A stretch of DNA of 63,534 nt, filler included, from Saprolegnia diclina VS20 (lineage: Eukaryota), in NCBI RefSeq assembly GCF_000281045.1. It is 9 parts of 4 records of this genome, joined end to end, with 100 filler letters (N's around TTAATTAATTAA, not from the genome) between each part and the next. Parts side by side here need not be neighbours in the genome. Positions count along the whole stretch, not along the records: positions 25,807 to 49,793 come from NW_008246176.1; positions 49,894 to 57,629 come from NW_008246176.1; positions 57,730 to 59,256 come from NW_008246177.1; 6 more parts are not named here. One strand, given 5' to 3'. The notes below the pieces were generated by a model. The model was not told the DNA's origin. It saw only the letters and a program-made list of their open reading frames with translations, and did not search any database. Numbering within the stretch: the stretch's first letter is position 1; every line of letters begins with the position of its first letter. The translations under genes were made by a program, and so were the position numbers. Shown one piece after another: positions 46,894 through 59,356 of this stretch.

Positions 46894-49793
46894 CTACGTC
46901 TTGTGTGGCAGCGCTCGCGGGCGCGGGTGCGGCGACGCCGATGGCAGCAGCGATGGCATGGACGCTGTGCCCATGGACTTGCGGATGCGCGCCTCAAAGA
47001 CGAGCTGCTTGGCTTCCGGCGTTCTTGCCACTCGGATGCGTGTTGGTGGCCATGTCGTGAGGTTCGGGTCCTTGGCGATCGCTGCGAACGGGGACCCTGG
47101 CGTCGTGAGCGGGCGGCGGCGCGGGTGCAGGTCGGTCACTTCAGTGTCGGGCACGAGCTCGAGCAGTAGCCCGCGACGACGGCGCTCGGGTGATGCCGTG
47201 CACACCCGGGGCGCGACGAGCGGCGGCAAGTGCGCGGGCTCGAACGCCAAGCGCAAAGGGGCGGCCACCGCGGGGCGCCGCCACGCCTCGGGTCGCACTT
47301 TGAGGCGCGGTGTTGGCGCCGCCGGATACGTGTCTTCCTTCTCGTCGTCGACCGGGCTTGGCTCGATGGAAAGCGAGTCATGTATCGTGTCGACTGCTGT
47401 CTTGTCGGCCGGTATCTGTTGATGCTCGACCGGTGCGCTCAAAACGACTTGGTTGCTCGGACTCCGGAGCGTACTCTCCGAGGGACTTAGACGTGGGAGC
47501 CGCGCCTTGGGTACGGCCGACGAGAGATGACGCACCATGAGTGGCTTGGCGGCCAACGTGTGTTGCTCGAGCTGGTCGGGCTCCCACGGCGGAACGTCGG
47601 GCAAAAGGTCGGACAAAGCCGTCACGAGGCGGACACCACTTCTTTCCGGAGCTGCATTCGACTCGAGAGTGCGCTCGTTGCCTTCGAGAATGCCAAAGTA
47701 GTTGGCTTTTTCATCGGCCGACAAGATGGGGGGACTACGTAGGACAATGAGAGTCTTGTTCAAGCCCGATCAAGAAGAAACGTACATGGGTTCAAGCACG
47801 AGCTGGGCTTCAAACCGCGTGCGCCGGTCGAGCGGGAGACCGGGTAGCACATGCAAGAGGTAGCTCGCATCGTCCGGGTCCAAAATGCGAAGCAGTGCGA
47901 GGAGCGGGATGGCCACTTGGCCAAAGTCGGCGAGTGTTGCAAGAAGCCGCATCTTGTATGGCACTGCGTCAAAATAGCTCAAAAATGCGGGCAGCGAAGG
48001 CATCGCGCGCAGCTGCAAGAGTGCGGCGTGGAGTGAGTACACTTTGAGCATTTTCTGAAGACATTGCGTGGCCACGGGCACCAAGTGCGGCGCCAGAGGC
48101 GGCCGATACACCAAGTCGCACGCCAAGACGACATCGGCGTCGTCCGTGAGCCGTATCATGTGAATGAGGAATGCAGTCTCGGCCGTGAGCTCGGTGCACG
48201 TTGCCAGAATCTCCTTGTGGTAGCTGCTCGGTACGTGCTGGAGCGTGCGCAAAATCTCAATCGCAACCTTGTCCGAGTAGGCGCTCAAGACGCGGCAGCA
48301 GTGCGCGAGCATGTCGTCGGGCCAATACTCGGGCGGTCGCGCTGTTGTTCCCAACACTGGGGCCGACAGCGGGCGACCCGTGGTCGTCAGCAGCGTAATG
48401 AGCCCGGCTTGGTCGGTCGGCGGCAGCCGCGTGAGCGCCTTGATAAAGACAAGGTGCACGGTCTTGCCGCAGTGGCTCGCGAGGGAGGCGTATGCAGCGA
48501 GCGGTGCGAGAAGGTTCGGGGTACTACTCGCTTGCTTGTGCAGCGCCAAGTACTGCGAGAGCACGCTCGGGTCTTCGAGCATGCGCACTTGCTCGATGAT
48601 GAGCGACCGCGTCTCCCACGTATGCGGCGTGAGACTCACAAAGACATCGCCAATTGCGACCAAATCCAACGTGTTGCACGACACGATAAGTCTACCATAT
48701 ACGACAACTTGTCCAATTTTCAAATGACAAATCGTAGAACGTACCGAGACAGAATCGCGCGCCTTGGGTCAAGAAAGAGCGGTAGCACGAGCGACTGTCG
48801 AAGCAAGTCGAGGCGACTCAGAAACAGATTCAATTCCTTGAGCGCGCTCATTGTCATGCCGTTCGCGAGCTCGAGAAACGTGAGCACGTCGGCCACGGGG
48901 TGTTGCACAAAGAGGTCCATCAAGAGCAGCGACTCGGCCTCGTCGTTGAGGGTATGCAGGTAGCCAAAGACGTTTGCCATTGCACTGGGTGCAAGTGGCT
49001 GGACGATCGCCAGTACCGTCGCCGCCGTGACGCTCGAGACGGCGAGGAGGAGGTCGCTCCACACGAGCAGGTTCAACGGCGACCGCGCCGGGTCGCAGAG
49101 CATTTGAAGCAGCTGGGCATGCGCGAGCGACGGAAGGTGCAAGAGCAGGCGGAGACACGCCATGGGCACCATCTCCTGGGGCGGCGACAAGACAAAGCCC
49201 AGCAGCTGCACATTGAACACGATTTCGGTCGTGAGCACATTGCGAAAGAAGCTCCGCGCGTGCTCGGCGTCAATTGTGCTAAAGAACGAGAGGACACGGT
49301 GCAGGGACACACCGTGCGTCGCATCGGCATCATTTACGAGCGCGACGAGCGTCTGTAAGAGTTGCACCGGCTCGTCATCGACCGTGTCGTTGAGCACGAC
49401 GTAGAGAAGCTCACGCGTCGTCGGCGGTATCCACAAGAGCGTCAAGAAGGCGTCGACGCACAGCGGGTGGAGACGACGAAGCGTGTACGCGACGAGCACC
49501 ACATCGTTTTGCGTCCACTCGTCCGTCGTCTGCAGTAAGCGCCGCAGTGCAACCACCGGGAGATGCACGAGCGTGTCAAGAACACTGATGGGCGTCACGG
49601 CCTCGTCGTTCTCGGTGGTTTGGACCATTGGTGGGTCGTCGGCAAGAGGTGGTGGCAATGGCGGAATGAGGAGAACGAAGCGTGTGAAGCGCGTCCGATC
49701 GCGTGGCTCAAGGGAGTCAAAGGTACGTTGCCACAGTGCACGCGTGCCAGCATGCAGCTCAAAGTAAAGACTTGTGAGCACCGTTGACGACTC
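46894..49793 (-). CDS. Hypothetical Leu-rich alpha-helical protein, multi-exon, 5' truncated
   Basis: Three long consecutive minus-strand ORFs (353, 317, 289 aa) separated by short intron-like stretches; no family recognised. Confidence 0.6.
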
Positions 49794-50774
49794 NNNNNNN
49801 NNNNNNNNNNNNNNNNNNNNNNNNNNNNNNNNNNNNNTTAATTAATTAANNNNNNNNNNNNNNNNNNNNNNNNNNNNNNNNNNNNNNNNNNNNTCACCTC
49901 TTTCACGTCTGCCGTACGATATCCGACTGGAAACCAACGCTATAGCGTCCTAGTACAAAACAGCTGAACGTGGTCAACTTGGAGCTGCCAACGACCGAGA
50001 GAACGTGCGTTGCATCGTCGTCTGACAATGAATCTGTGTTGCAGTTGACGTGGGTTCTTGGCTCAAATCGATACGCTAAACTAGCGAATGATGACGGACT
50101 TTCTTCTGTGGTTGTATACACTGAGGGAGTCTTGCAGAGCGCGTTTCACGGAACAGGCTCGTATGGAGCGAGACATCGAAGAAGCCGAAGAAGCCGAAGC
50201 AGATCGGGCATTTGGACGAGGCTGTGGTGCAGGAGATACGTACTTCAACAGTGCTGTCGAGCACGACGGTGAGTATGCTCGATTTCATTTTCAAGCGTGC
50301 TTCTGGCCGATCTCTCGCGGCGGCGAGCATGCACCAACCAAATATGGTTATTTATGGTTGTGTATGGCGCACGCCACGAATAAAGATCTAGGCTTCCAGC
50401 CGCGGTGGACACCTATAGCCCATCGGCACCAGCTGCCCGACACGCCGGCGGTCCTCTGCAAACATGCAGGGACAAGTATGTGCATACTTTATCAAGGGTG
50501 TCGTTTCATGGACCCTTGACGTCGAATGGTATAAATCCGGATATCGCATCCATGATACGGTTGTCCACACCAAACCCTCCGCCAAGTGTCCATCAGACAA
50601 GTTTCTTCTAATTCGACAATACTCCGTCGCCAAGAGCCAAACACTATTTACCCAGCTCGAGCGTTTTCCCAGGTATCGCTAGTGATAGGGGTAGAGACCT
50701 CGTCGTTGCTGGCTTTTTCAAGTGCCTTTACATCACTGGGACACGCACATTTCACCTCTTCGCACCACAAGCAA

Positions 50775-51362
50775 ATGACATCGCTCCACTCGCGCATTCG
50801 CCGGTGCCCCGCAATCCTCGCTCGAGTAGTTGCACTCCTGGCTCAAGTCGTCGTGCGCCTCATCACGGTCATACTCTCGCTCCTTGTCCGCCTTGTGTTT
50901 CACGTCCTCGATCAGCTACGCGTGCGTCGCGTTCCTTATTTGCACCACAGCGCGGACGCTATGATCCAGCCAAATGCGAGTGAAGATGACAAGGTCACCG
51001 GAGGTGGGGCCCCGCTTCAAGTACGCGATACTGCAGCGAGCAGTACCTTCCCTAACAAGACGTCTCAAAGCGCCGCGACCCCACCATGGAAGCAACCGAC
51101 AACAGCCAATGCACGCTTCTCACTGAGACGAGCGACGACGACGACCGAGCTCGTCGCCACCATGGAGACGCTGACGATGCGCCTCGTTGCGCTGCAGAAG
51201 GGGCCGCCGTCCTCTGAGCAAGGCTGCAACGAGCTGCTGTGTGACGTCGCTGGCCAACTCAGCACCTCGAGCAGCCCGACAATCCTGTACTTGCGCATCC
51301 GCGAGCTCGTACGATGCATTGAAGTCCTTGAGTCGGAGCGTCGCCGGCTGGACTATCAATGA
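50775..51362 (+). CDS. Hypothetical protein with N-terminal hydrophobic segment
   Basis: ORF from 'MTSLHSRIRR' with 'ILARVVALLAQVVVRLITVILSLLVRLVF'; no motif recognised. Confidence 0.4.
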   Translation: MTSLHSRIRRCPAILARVVALLAQVVVRLITVILSLLVRLVFHVLDQLRVRRVPYLHHSADAMIQPNASEDDKVTGGGAPLQVRDTAASSTFPNKTSQSAATPPWKQPTTANARFSLRRATTTTELVATMETLTMRLVALQKGPPSSEQGCNELLCDVAGQLSTSSSPTILYLRIRELVRCIEVLESERRRLDYQ

Positions 51363-51660
51363 GGATCCTCCAGCCTCGGGCGTTCCACACGAGCGCGGTC
51401 GAGTGCAACCCTGCCCTCGAATCTCGGAGAGCTACGTTACTAGACGATAATGTACTCTAATCAACACGTAAGAATGAACCAATGTTATGATTTCAACAAC
51501 GTCATCGACGAGTGCGATGTGACTCTTCTGGTGCATCGCCCACGTTGCCATGCGTCGGTCACTAGGTGTAGGGTTGGTCTACCCTACCCCTCGTCGTTTC
51601 GCTGGGCCAACGCTGACTGTACTTCTCACGTATATATAGAATAGACTATGGAATGCTGTC

Positions 51661-52527
51661 TTAAATGTGAATGAGTGCACGGCGCTCCTGGAGCGTGCAG
51701 TCGTCGCTGTCGTCCAGTGGTGGCTGCTGCCAGTAGAGGGCAAAGTGCTGGAGGAGCAAGATGGCGTTGCAGGCGATCGTCATGCACGCGATTGCGAGCA
51801 GCCACGGATTCGCCGACGCAGCCTTGGACGCTAGCAGCGTGGCGAGCGTCGCGCCGCCGTAGACGCAATCGTACACGACGCCGTAGACCGAGAAGCCGCG
51901 CGTCGACTTGCGCTCGTACTGCAGCTCGATCTGTGGCGCGTACTTGATGGCCGTCAACAGCACATGCAGATAACACGTGAGCGACACGAAGCTAGGCCAC
52001 GTGAACGCCGAGACATCGAGAAGGAGACCGAGACCAAGGAAGAGTAATATGAGCATGAGAGCGGCGCAGACGAGCACTTGGCACCTTGTCGAGACGACTT
52101 GCGAGCCGCGCTTGAAGATCGTGCATTGGTACAAGAGCAGCATCGACAGCAAGAGCGCGTGGAGGTTGACGTAAATTGACATGGGTGACAGGAGCGGGTT
52201 GGTGTGCGCATTCGCCGTCCACGAGAAGCCGCAGTTGAAGAGCGCGTAGGCACCAAACCCAAAAACGGCATAGACCTGCGCGTCCAGCGAGAGACCGACG
52301 ACGCTGCGCCGCTGCCAGTTGAGGCACAGCTGCGGGTAGAAGCGCAGCGTGCCAGCGAGCGTCGCGGTCCAGCCTGCAATCGCCGGCGCCGGCGCGGCTT
52401 CGTCGCAGCCAAGGAGGAAGCCAAAGAGGAGGATCGCGACAAGCCCGACGGCGCCCGCGTACGGCCGCAGGAGCGCGCAGGCCGGGCTCATGGCGTCGTG
52501 GCGGCGGTACACATCGACCGACACCAT
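51661..52527 (-). CDS. Cystinosin-like PQ-loop lysosomal/vacuolar transporter
   Basis: Two PQ motifs, 'FYPQLCLNWQRRSVVGLSLD' and 'IKYAPQIELQYERKSTRGFS'; about 7 TM segments; C-terminal ERRALI fits [DE]xxxL[LI]. Confidence 0.88.
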   Translation of the reverse strand: MVSVDVYRRHDAMSPACALLRPYAGAVGLVAILLFGFLLGCDEAAPAPAIAGWTATLAGTLRFYPQLCLNWQRRSVVGLSLDAQVYAVFGFGAYALFNCGFSWTANAHTNPLLSPMSIYVNLHALLLSMLLLYQCTIFKRGSQVVSTRCQVLVCAALMLILLFLGLGLLLDVSAFTWPSFVSLTCYLHVLLTAIKYAPQIELQYERKSTRGFSVYGVVYDCVYGGATLATLLASKAASANPWLLAIACMTIACNAILLLQHFALYWQQPPLDDSDDCTLQERRALIHI

Positions 52528-53598
52528 TGCGATCCGTTGCGTCGTTTTAGAAATGGAATGCGCAGAAGCGCTTCGGAACGAGTCGGAGTATCTTGATGGT
52601 TTGTTCTCTGCTCATCTCTGCAGGTTGCAACTGCAAGCTCGCGACCGCTGGTGTCTCTACGGGCGCCAGCCACTCGACGCGATCCCGGCCATCCAGCCAC
52701 GCTGATGAGCCACTGCTTACATCCCGCCAACGTGGCGTGAAGCGAGTCCAAAGCGTCGAGCCACTTGGCTTCGAAGAAAACGTGGCTTCTTCAACAACAC
52801 CAGCTTCAAGGTTGCAACGACCACGGCAACAACGTAGCCGTTCGCCGCTCCCCGCTCGGTCTTGGTGGCCGTTCGTCTCGTGCCAGCCGATGAGGCTTCC
52901 GTGCGCTCTTTCGGTCGTCCATCCTCGCTCGCATCTTGCCACGTCAGCGTTGTGGTATTTTCGGCACATGCCATGGAAAGCAGCACGCTTTAAACCAACG
53001 ACAAGAGTCCGCGAGGCAACTGCATCAAAGCAACGTTCAGTGCACAGTCTTTCTATCGCTACTGCTAGTATATGTATACGCTTCGCTCGTCGCCGCTTAA
53101 AAGGTATGGGATATCTCTGCAGCGGCGATAGCAAAAATTTGAGCCAGGTACATGCTACGTTTCGTTAGTTATCGCAAGTGGTCGTTCTTTTGGCAATGCG
53201 ACGGTGTCAAAAGCGGCGGCTCCTACTGCCTGTGGACCAAAGCCTCTCTGATTTCAATATTGTACATTTTTTCATTTCGCTGGCTCTCGGCCACATGGAT
53301 CGCTAGCTCGAGGCGACGCATCGCATACCACCCTTCACACGACGGTAGAGTCGACAAGAGGTGTCGCTAGAGCGTGCTCATCACACCGAGAGTAAAATGA
53401 CAATACAAGGTGTGTGTCAAGGTTAACGTCATCACGTTCAACGCCAGCGGAGCGCCGATGGAAAATGAGCATCGCGTTCCGCCGGGCGCGTCCGGATCGT
53501 ATCCGGTAGATGCGGCATTGAGTGCCGAAAACAAAAACCGGTGTGCCCCGGGGTCTCATGCCAGCCCGCACCAATCACCCGAGTTTGCACTTTGCAGG

Positions 53599-56172
53599 AT
53601 GGTGAGCGAGTACAAGATCCGGAGCGTGCTCCTGCGCGTACTCAAGGGCCTCGATGAGACGTTAGTCGACTACATGGCGAGCATGCTCATGGACTTTGAC
53701 GGGAGCGAGCCGCTCTCGGAGACGATCGCGCCCTTCCTTGTCTCGTCGGGCTTTGCTGCCGACGACGACGTCGCTCTCAAGCACTGCGGTACGCTGCAGG
53801 CCGCGCTCGAGGCCGAGGGCCTCGTCGCCAAGGTGGTTGCCAACGAAGCCGAGTTCAAGAAGCTCGAGAACGTCCAGTCGATCGAGGACATGTCCCGCGC
53901 GAACGACGCCGAGATGAACACGATCATGGAGCGCATGTGGGGCTTCGAGAGCATCCGCAAGACGAAGAACGAAAACATGGAGGCGTGCGCGAACGCGCAG
54001 TCGCAGCGCCAGATCCGCAAGGAGGCCAAGAAGGAGCTGCTCGAAGAAGAGCGCGAGCGCATGGAGGCCGACGACGATCTCGCGTGGGAAGACATTCGCG
54101 TGCTGCCCGACATGTCGACCGACAATGGCGAGCGCGTACGTCATCATCTTCATCATCTCTTGGCGTGTGCTCATGCCGCGAGTAGGACATCCACGTCGAC
54201 AAGGTCACGCTGTCGTTCAAAGGCCAGACGCTCCTCAGCAACACGAACCTCAAGCTCATCCACGGCCGCCGCTACGGCCTCATTGGCAAGGTGCCAACCC
54301 TCTTTTCGTATTCTGCTGGATCTCAAAATTTGTTGGACTGCGTAGAACGGCGCGGGTAAGACGACGCTGCTCCGCTTCATGTCGCACTACGACATCGAGG
54401 GCTTCCCGCGCCACATTCGCATGCAGCACGTCGAGCAAGAGGTATACTTTTGAGGATTGTCCTATTGTCTATATCTAAACTCGAATTCTAGTCGGCGTCC
54501 AAGCTCAGCACCGAGACCAACAGTGTGCTCAGCGTCGTCCTGGCCTGCGATTATGAACGCACGCTGCTTCTCAACGAAGAGAAGGAGCTCCTTGCATCCA
54601 ACTCGAACCCGGACCGCCTCAACGCCATCTACGACCGTCTCCAGCAAATCGACTCGGACTCGGCCGAGTCGCGCGCGCGCACGATTCTCGCGGGTCTCCA
54701 GTTCCCGGAGCACGTTGTCGACGGGCCGGCGAAGGCGCTTTCCGGTGGTTGGCGCATGCGCACGGCGCTCGCCGGCGCGCTCTTCATGTCGCCGGACCTC
54801 CTCCTGCTCGATGAGCCGACCAACCATTTGGATTTGGAGGCCGTCATGTGGCTCGAGAATTACCTCGAGACGTACGAGAAGACGCTGATTGTGGTGTCGC
54901 ACGACCGGAACTTCCTCAACATGGTCACGACCGACACGATCTACATGTACAAGCAGCAGCTCACGTACCACCGCGGCAACTTTGCGTCGTTCGAGCAGAC
55001 GCAAGAAGAGCATTTGCGCCAGCAACGCAAGGTACGCGGTTCGACCCTCGCCAGCAACTTGCATTTTTTTGCATTTTTCCAAATTTTCACATTTCTTCAT
55101 TTTTACCAAGAAAATGGACATCTCACATGCAAATGTGCTAGGCGTACGAGGCACAGCAGATGAAGGTCACGCACATGCAAGAATTCATCGATCGCTTCCG
55201 CTGCAACGCCAAGAAGGCGCCGCTCGTCCAGTCGCGTGTCAAGGCCCTCGAGAAGATCATGCGCACGGCGATCGAAGAGCCGGAAGATCCGCGGGCGTTC
55301 AAGATGGTGTTCCCGCCGCCGGGTACAGACAACTTGTCTTCGAATATGGCGACTCATCTGTGCGTGCAGAGCCGTTGGGTCGACCAATCATCTCAGTGGA
55401 GAATGTCGCGTTCCAGTACGCACCGGACAAGCCGCTGCTCTTCCGCGGTACGTGTTTTATCTTGCTTTTTGAAAGATATCAATGTATCGACTAGATGTCA
55501 ACTTTGGCATCGACATGTCGAGCCGCATCGGTATCCTCGGTGTGAACGGGTCGGGCAAGAGTACGCTCATCAACCTCATCCTCGGCAAGCTCGAGGCGAC
55601 GGAAGGCAAGACGGTCCGCAACCCGCGCGTGCGCATCTCGACGTTCACGCAGCACCACGTCGACTCGCTCAACTTGTCGCTTTCGGCTGTCGAGAACATG
55701 AAGGAGATGTTCCTGGGCCATGAAATCGACGAGTTCCGCAACCATCTCGGCCGCTTCAACCTCTCGGGTGAGCTCGCAATGAAGCCGTGCCGCAAGCTCT
55801 CGGGTGGCCAAAAGGTACGCTTGTATGTCTCTTGATAGCTTGATACTAAACGAGTATGGCTAGTCGCGCGTCGGGTTTGCGATTCTGACGTGGCGCCTCC
55901 CGCACGTCGTCGTGCTCGATGAACCGACCAACCACTTGGATATCGGTACGGTTGATATATTGATAGTAGTGCCAAGACGAGACGATGTCGTAGAAACCAT
56001 CGACGCGCTCATCGACGCGCTCCGTGGCTACAAGGGTGGCGTCGTGATCGTGTCGCACGACCAGCACTTTGTCAACAGCATCTGCGACGAGCTCTGGGTC
56101 GTCGGCGACACCAAGGTCTCCAAGTTTGGCGGTTCGATGGCCGACTACAAGAAGGCCATTTTGAAAAATTAG
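53599..56172 (+). CDS. ABC-F family ATPase (GCN20/ABCF3-like), multi-exon
   Basis: 'RRYGLIGKNGAGKTTLL', 'LSGGWRMR', 'LLLDEPTNHLD', 'VVSHDR', second NBD 'GVNGSGKST', 'LSGGQK', 'LDEPTNHLD', 'VSHDQ'; no TM domains. Confidence 0.95.
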
Positions 56173-56543
56173 AGCTNNNNNNNNNNNNNNNNNNNNNNNN
56201 NNNNNNNNNNNNNNNNNNNNNNNNNNNNNNNNNNNNNNNNNNNNNNNNNNNNNNNNNNNNNNNNNNNNNNNNNNNNAAGTTTGGCGGTTCGATGGCCGAC
56301 TACAAGAAGGCCATTTTGAAAAATTAGAGCTTGAACGAGTTGAGGCTTGCATAGCGCCTAATACACGAGCTGTTTTCGTCGAGCTGTGGTGTCCGAAAGT
56401 ATCATCGAGCGTCCTGTCCCAGCCTTCGCCATCGCACCTTGACGGGTGGTCATGACAGGCCAAGGTGCTATGCGGAATCTCCGAGGACTTGGTTAGTTTC
56501 TAATTGCCTCGGTTCTCTCCGCGTTCCTTTAAGTCTGCACGCC

Positions 56544-57015
56544 ATGTCAAGCAGCAGCAGCAGCAGTGACCATGCTACGAGCGACCCCGTCGATCGCATC
56601 AACCGCGCGATCGAGCGTCTGGACTGGACGAGTCTTGGTGCCGTCCTTGAGATGCCTGGGAACCCGGGGTATCGCCTTTGCGCCGCGACCGAGGCCGACT
56701 TCGAGACGTACGTGGCGGCATCCGAGTTCCAGGAGCTCCGTTCGCGCTACTTGATTTTGAACGACGGCTTCCTTTTCATCGTCGAAATGCCATCTGGGCT
56801 CCACGTCTTGCTCGCCGGCGCCGTGGCCGACCGGTACAGGGACAACGCATCTCGGATCCCGTGGCAGTACGTACATCGACACGTCCCATCTTCCTCCGGA
56901 CCAGCGGCTGCCAATGCTGGAGCCCGATGCTTCGTTTGGTCCGACACCCGTCTCGGGCGCGATTCGACCGGCTCAACTCGTGTGCTGGGGCGCGTTCCAG
57001 ACCATCAAGATCGAA
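56544..57015 (+). pseudogene. Uma2-like/PD-(D/E)xK nuclease-fold gene fragment with frameshift near 56830
   Basis: 'LFIVEMPSGLH' in one frame, then 'TGTGTTHLGSRGSTYID...LEPDASFGP...WGAFQTIKIE' in another; EPD...(K)xE pattern. Confidence 0.55.
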
Positions 57016-57423
57016 NNNNNNNNNNNNNNNNNNNNNNNNNNNNNNNNNNNNNNNNNNNNNNNNNNNNNNNNNNNNNNNNNNNNNNNNNNNNNNNNNNNNN
57101 NNNNNNNNNNNNNNNCTGCGACGAGCTCTGGGTCGTCGGCGACACCAAGGTCTCCAAGTTTGGCGGTTCGATGGCCGACTACAAGAAGGCCATTTTGAAA
57201 AATTAGAGCTCAAACGAGTTGATGCTTGCATAGCGCCTAATACACGAGCTGTTTTCATCGTGCTGTGGTGTCCGAAAGTGTCATCGAGCGTCCAGTCCCA
57301 GCCTTCGCCATCGCACCTTGACGGGTGGTCAAGACAGGCCAAGGTGCTATGCGGAATCTCCGAAGACTTGGTCAGTTTCTGATTTGCCCCGGTTCTCTCC
57401 GCGTTCCTTTGAGTCTGCACGCC

Positions 57424-57629
57424 ATGTCAAGCAGCAGCAGCAGCAGCAGTGAACATGCTACGAGCGACCCCGTCGATCGCATCAACCGCGCGATCGAGCG
57501 TCTGGACTGGACGAGTCTTCGTACCGTCCTTGAGGTGCCTGGGAACCCGGGGTATCGCCTTTGCGCCGCGACCGAGGCCGAATTCGAGACGTACGTGGCG
57601 TCTGAAGACCAGGAGCTCAATTCGCGCTA
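57424..57629 (+). CDS. Second copy of the Uma2-like gene, 5' part only
   Basis: 'MSSSSSSSSEHATSDPVDRINRAIERLDWTSL...' is nearly identical to the 56544 copy; cut by a linker. Confidence 0.55.
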
Positions 57630-59356
57630 NNNNNNNNNNNNNNNNNNNNNNNNNNNNNNNNNNNNNNNNNNNNTTAATTAATTAANNNNNNNNNNNNNNN
57701 NNNNNNNNNNNNNNNNNNNNNNNNNNNNNGGAGTCCGCCGCCAACGTCGCCTCGAGTGCCTCCAAGCTAGGATGAACCTCCATGCAACCTTCAATGACTT
57801 TATTGATATGAATGGTATTTACTATATGTATGCGTTGACTGTCTCGATGCAGGTCGTCATGCTGGAGCCGCAGCGCTTGACTGCAGCTCGTTCCACTCGG
57901 CGATTGCCTTGTCGTGGGCGGTGACGCCGGAGCTGCGGGACGTTCTCGAATCGATGCTTGTTGGCCTCGTGGAACTTGTGGAGTGGGCACTCCTCGAAGC
58001 CCTTTTGGCGAAGGCTGCGATTGGGGCACACGCACACGGGACACGGTCGATCCTTGCGCTTCGCCTTGGGCCGCGCGTTGTCAGCGCCGCCGTCCGTAAG
58101 CTCGCCTACAAGTCGCATACGCGGCGCGTGAGGCGGTGCGACTTCGTTCGCGACAGCTTCGTAGCTGCCGATCGGCTGCTAGCACTGGTCCTAAAGTTAT
58201 CAAGCGCCGCTGCCATTCGTCGACTAGAGCTTGGACTCGATGGCTTCCTCGCTGTCATCCCTATGTGAGAATTTTGGGCATTAAGGATCGTGGTACGGCG
58301 ATGACATTTAGATCGTACAGTGTGGGGTAATGTCGTCGGTGACTGCCATCAGAGCTTGGCGGGAGGCGGTGGGGACCGGGTCGTGACAACGTGGTAGCGT
58401 GCTCCGTCCAGTATGCATGCGCTTCCTAGGCATCGCCCATGACTCGTTGGTCCAATGCAAGTCGTTAGATTGATCGCGCCTACCTGGCGGCCATTCGTTG
58501 GGAACAACGGGCCCCGTGCTTCCGCTTCTTCCGGCAGAGACCGCAGGTGTTCTTGCTTGTGGACATGACGCGCCTCGAGAGCGGCCTTCAGCACACCTGA
58601 AGAAGCCTCGTCGGCCGTCGACGAGCTCAGCGAGAGTGCCGTCATCAAGAAGCGCGAGCTTGGCGCCGCGCAAGTGTCAGCTGACGTGGTCGTGGACCAG
58701 ATCAAGCGCGCGTTGGCGACGGTGAGCCGCGAGCCTGTGCTTCTCGATCGACCGGCGGCCGCAGCTTGCATGTTGCCGATTGAGTCGCAAGCGTTCTACA
58801 AACGAGCAAGCGTTCTACAAACGAGTAATCGCAGCTCAGCACTCGCAGAGCAATCGCGGCGATGCATTTTGGCCAATAAGATTGCACGAATCTCCATAAA
58901 GCACGGGATTTTAGCCAATTAAAATGAAGTAGACTTCGCGCAATGGCGCATTAAAATATCTTGAATAATGTATACAATGTCGCATGCCGTGGAAGTGGAC
59001 CTGCGCGGGCCGCCGGACGAAAAGCCGGTCGCGTAATAAAATGAATTCCCACATTCTTCTCCCTCTTTTTTTGCATGCGCTGCGCGAAGTATTTTTACTC
59101 GCCCCATGTTGTTCGCACAAAGCCAGTAAATTCAACACTCCCGCACTACTGGCGAATTGCCGTTGTGAGAACGTTTGGTCGTAAACTTCACTCTATTTGT
59201 TCAATTCGAAATAGTGTCAAATCGGGTTCATTCCGAAATCTGGCAAGTCAATACCANNNNNNNNNNNNNNNNNNNNNNNNNNNNNNNNNNNNNNNNNNNN
59301 TTAATTAATTAANNNNNNNNNNNNNNNNNNNNNNNNNNNNNNNNNNNNNNNNNNNN

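Larger units (their letters stand above)
56277..57629 (+). repeat. Two diverged copies of a segment comprising the ABCF 3' end, intergenic DNA and the start of the next gene (56277-~56750 and 57116-57629)
   Basis: The ABCF tail 'AAGTTTGGCGGTTCGATGGCCGACTACAAGAAGGCCATTTTGAAAAATTAG' appears three times; the downstream copies differ by scattered substitutions and one AGC repeat unit. Confidence 0.9.

Noticed and set aside
49894..50682. Possible gene fragments (50088-50519, 50464-50682)
   Set aside because: No recognisable motif or convincing exon chain.
57730..58120. Fanzor/TnpB-like gene call
   Set aside because: Only a knuckle and vague N-terminal resemblance; no RuvC motifs or element ends visible.
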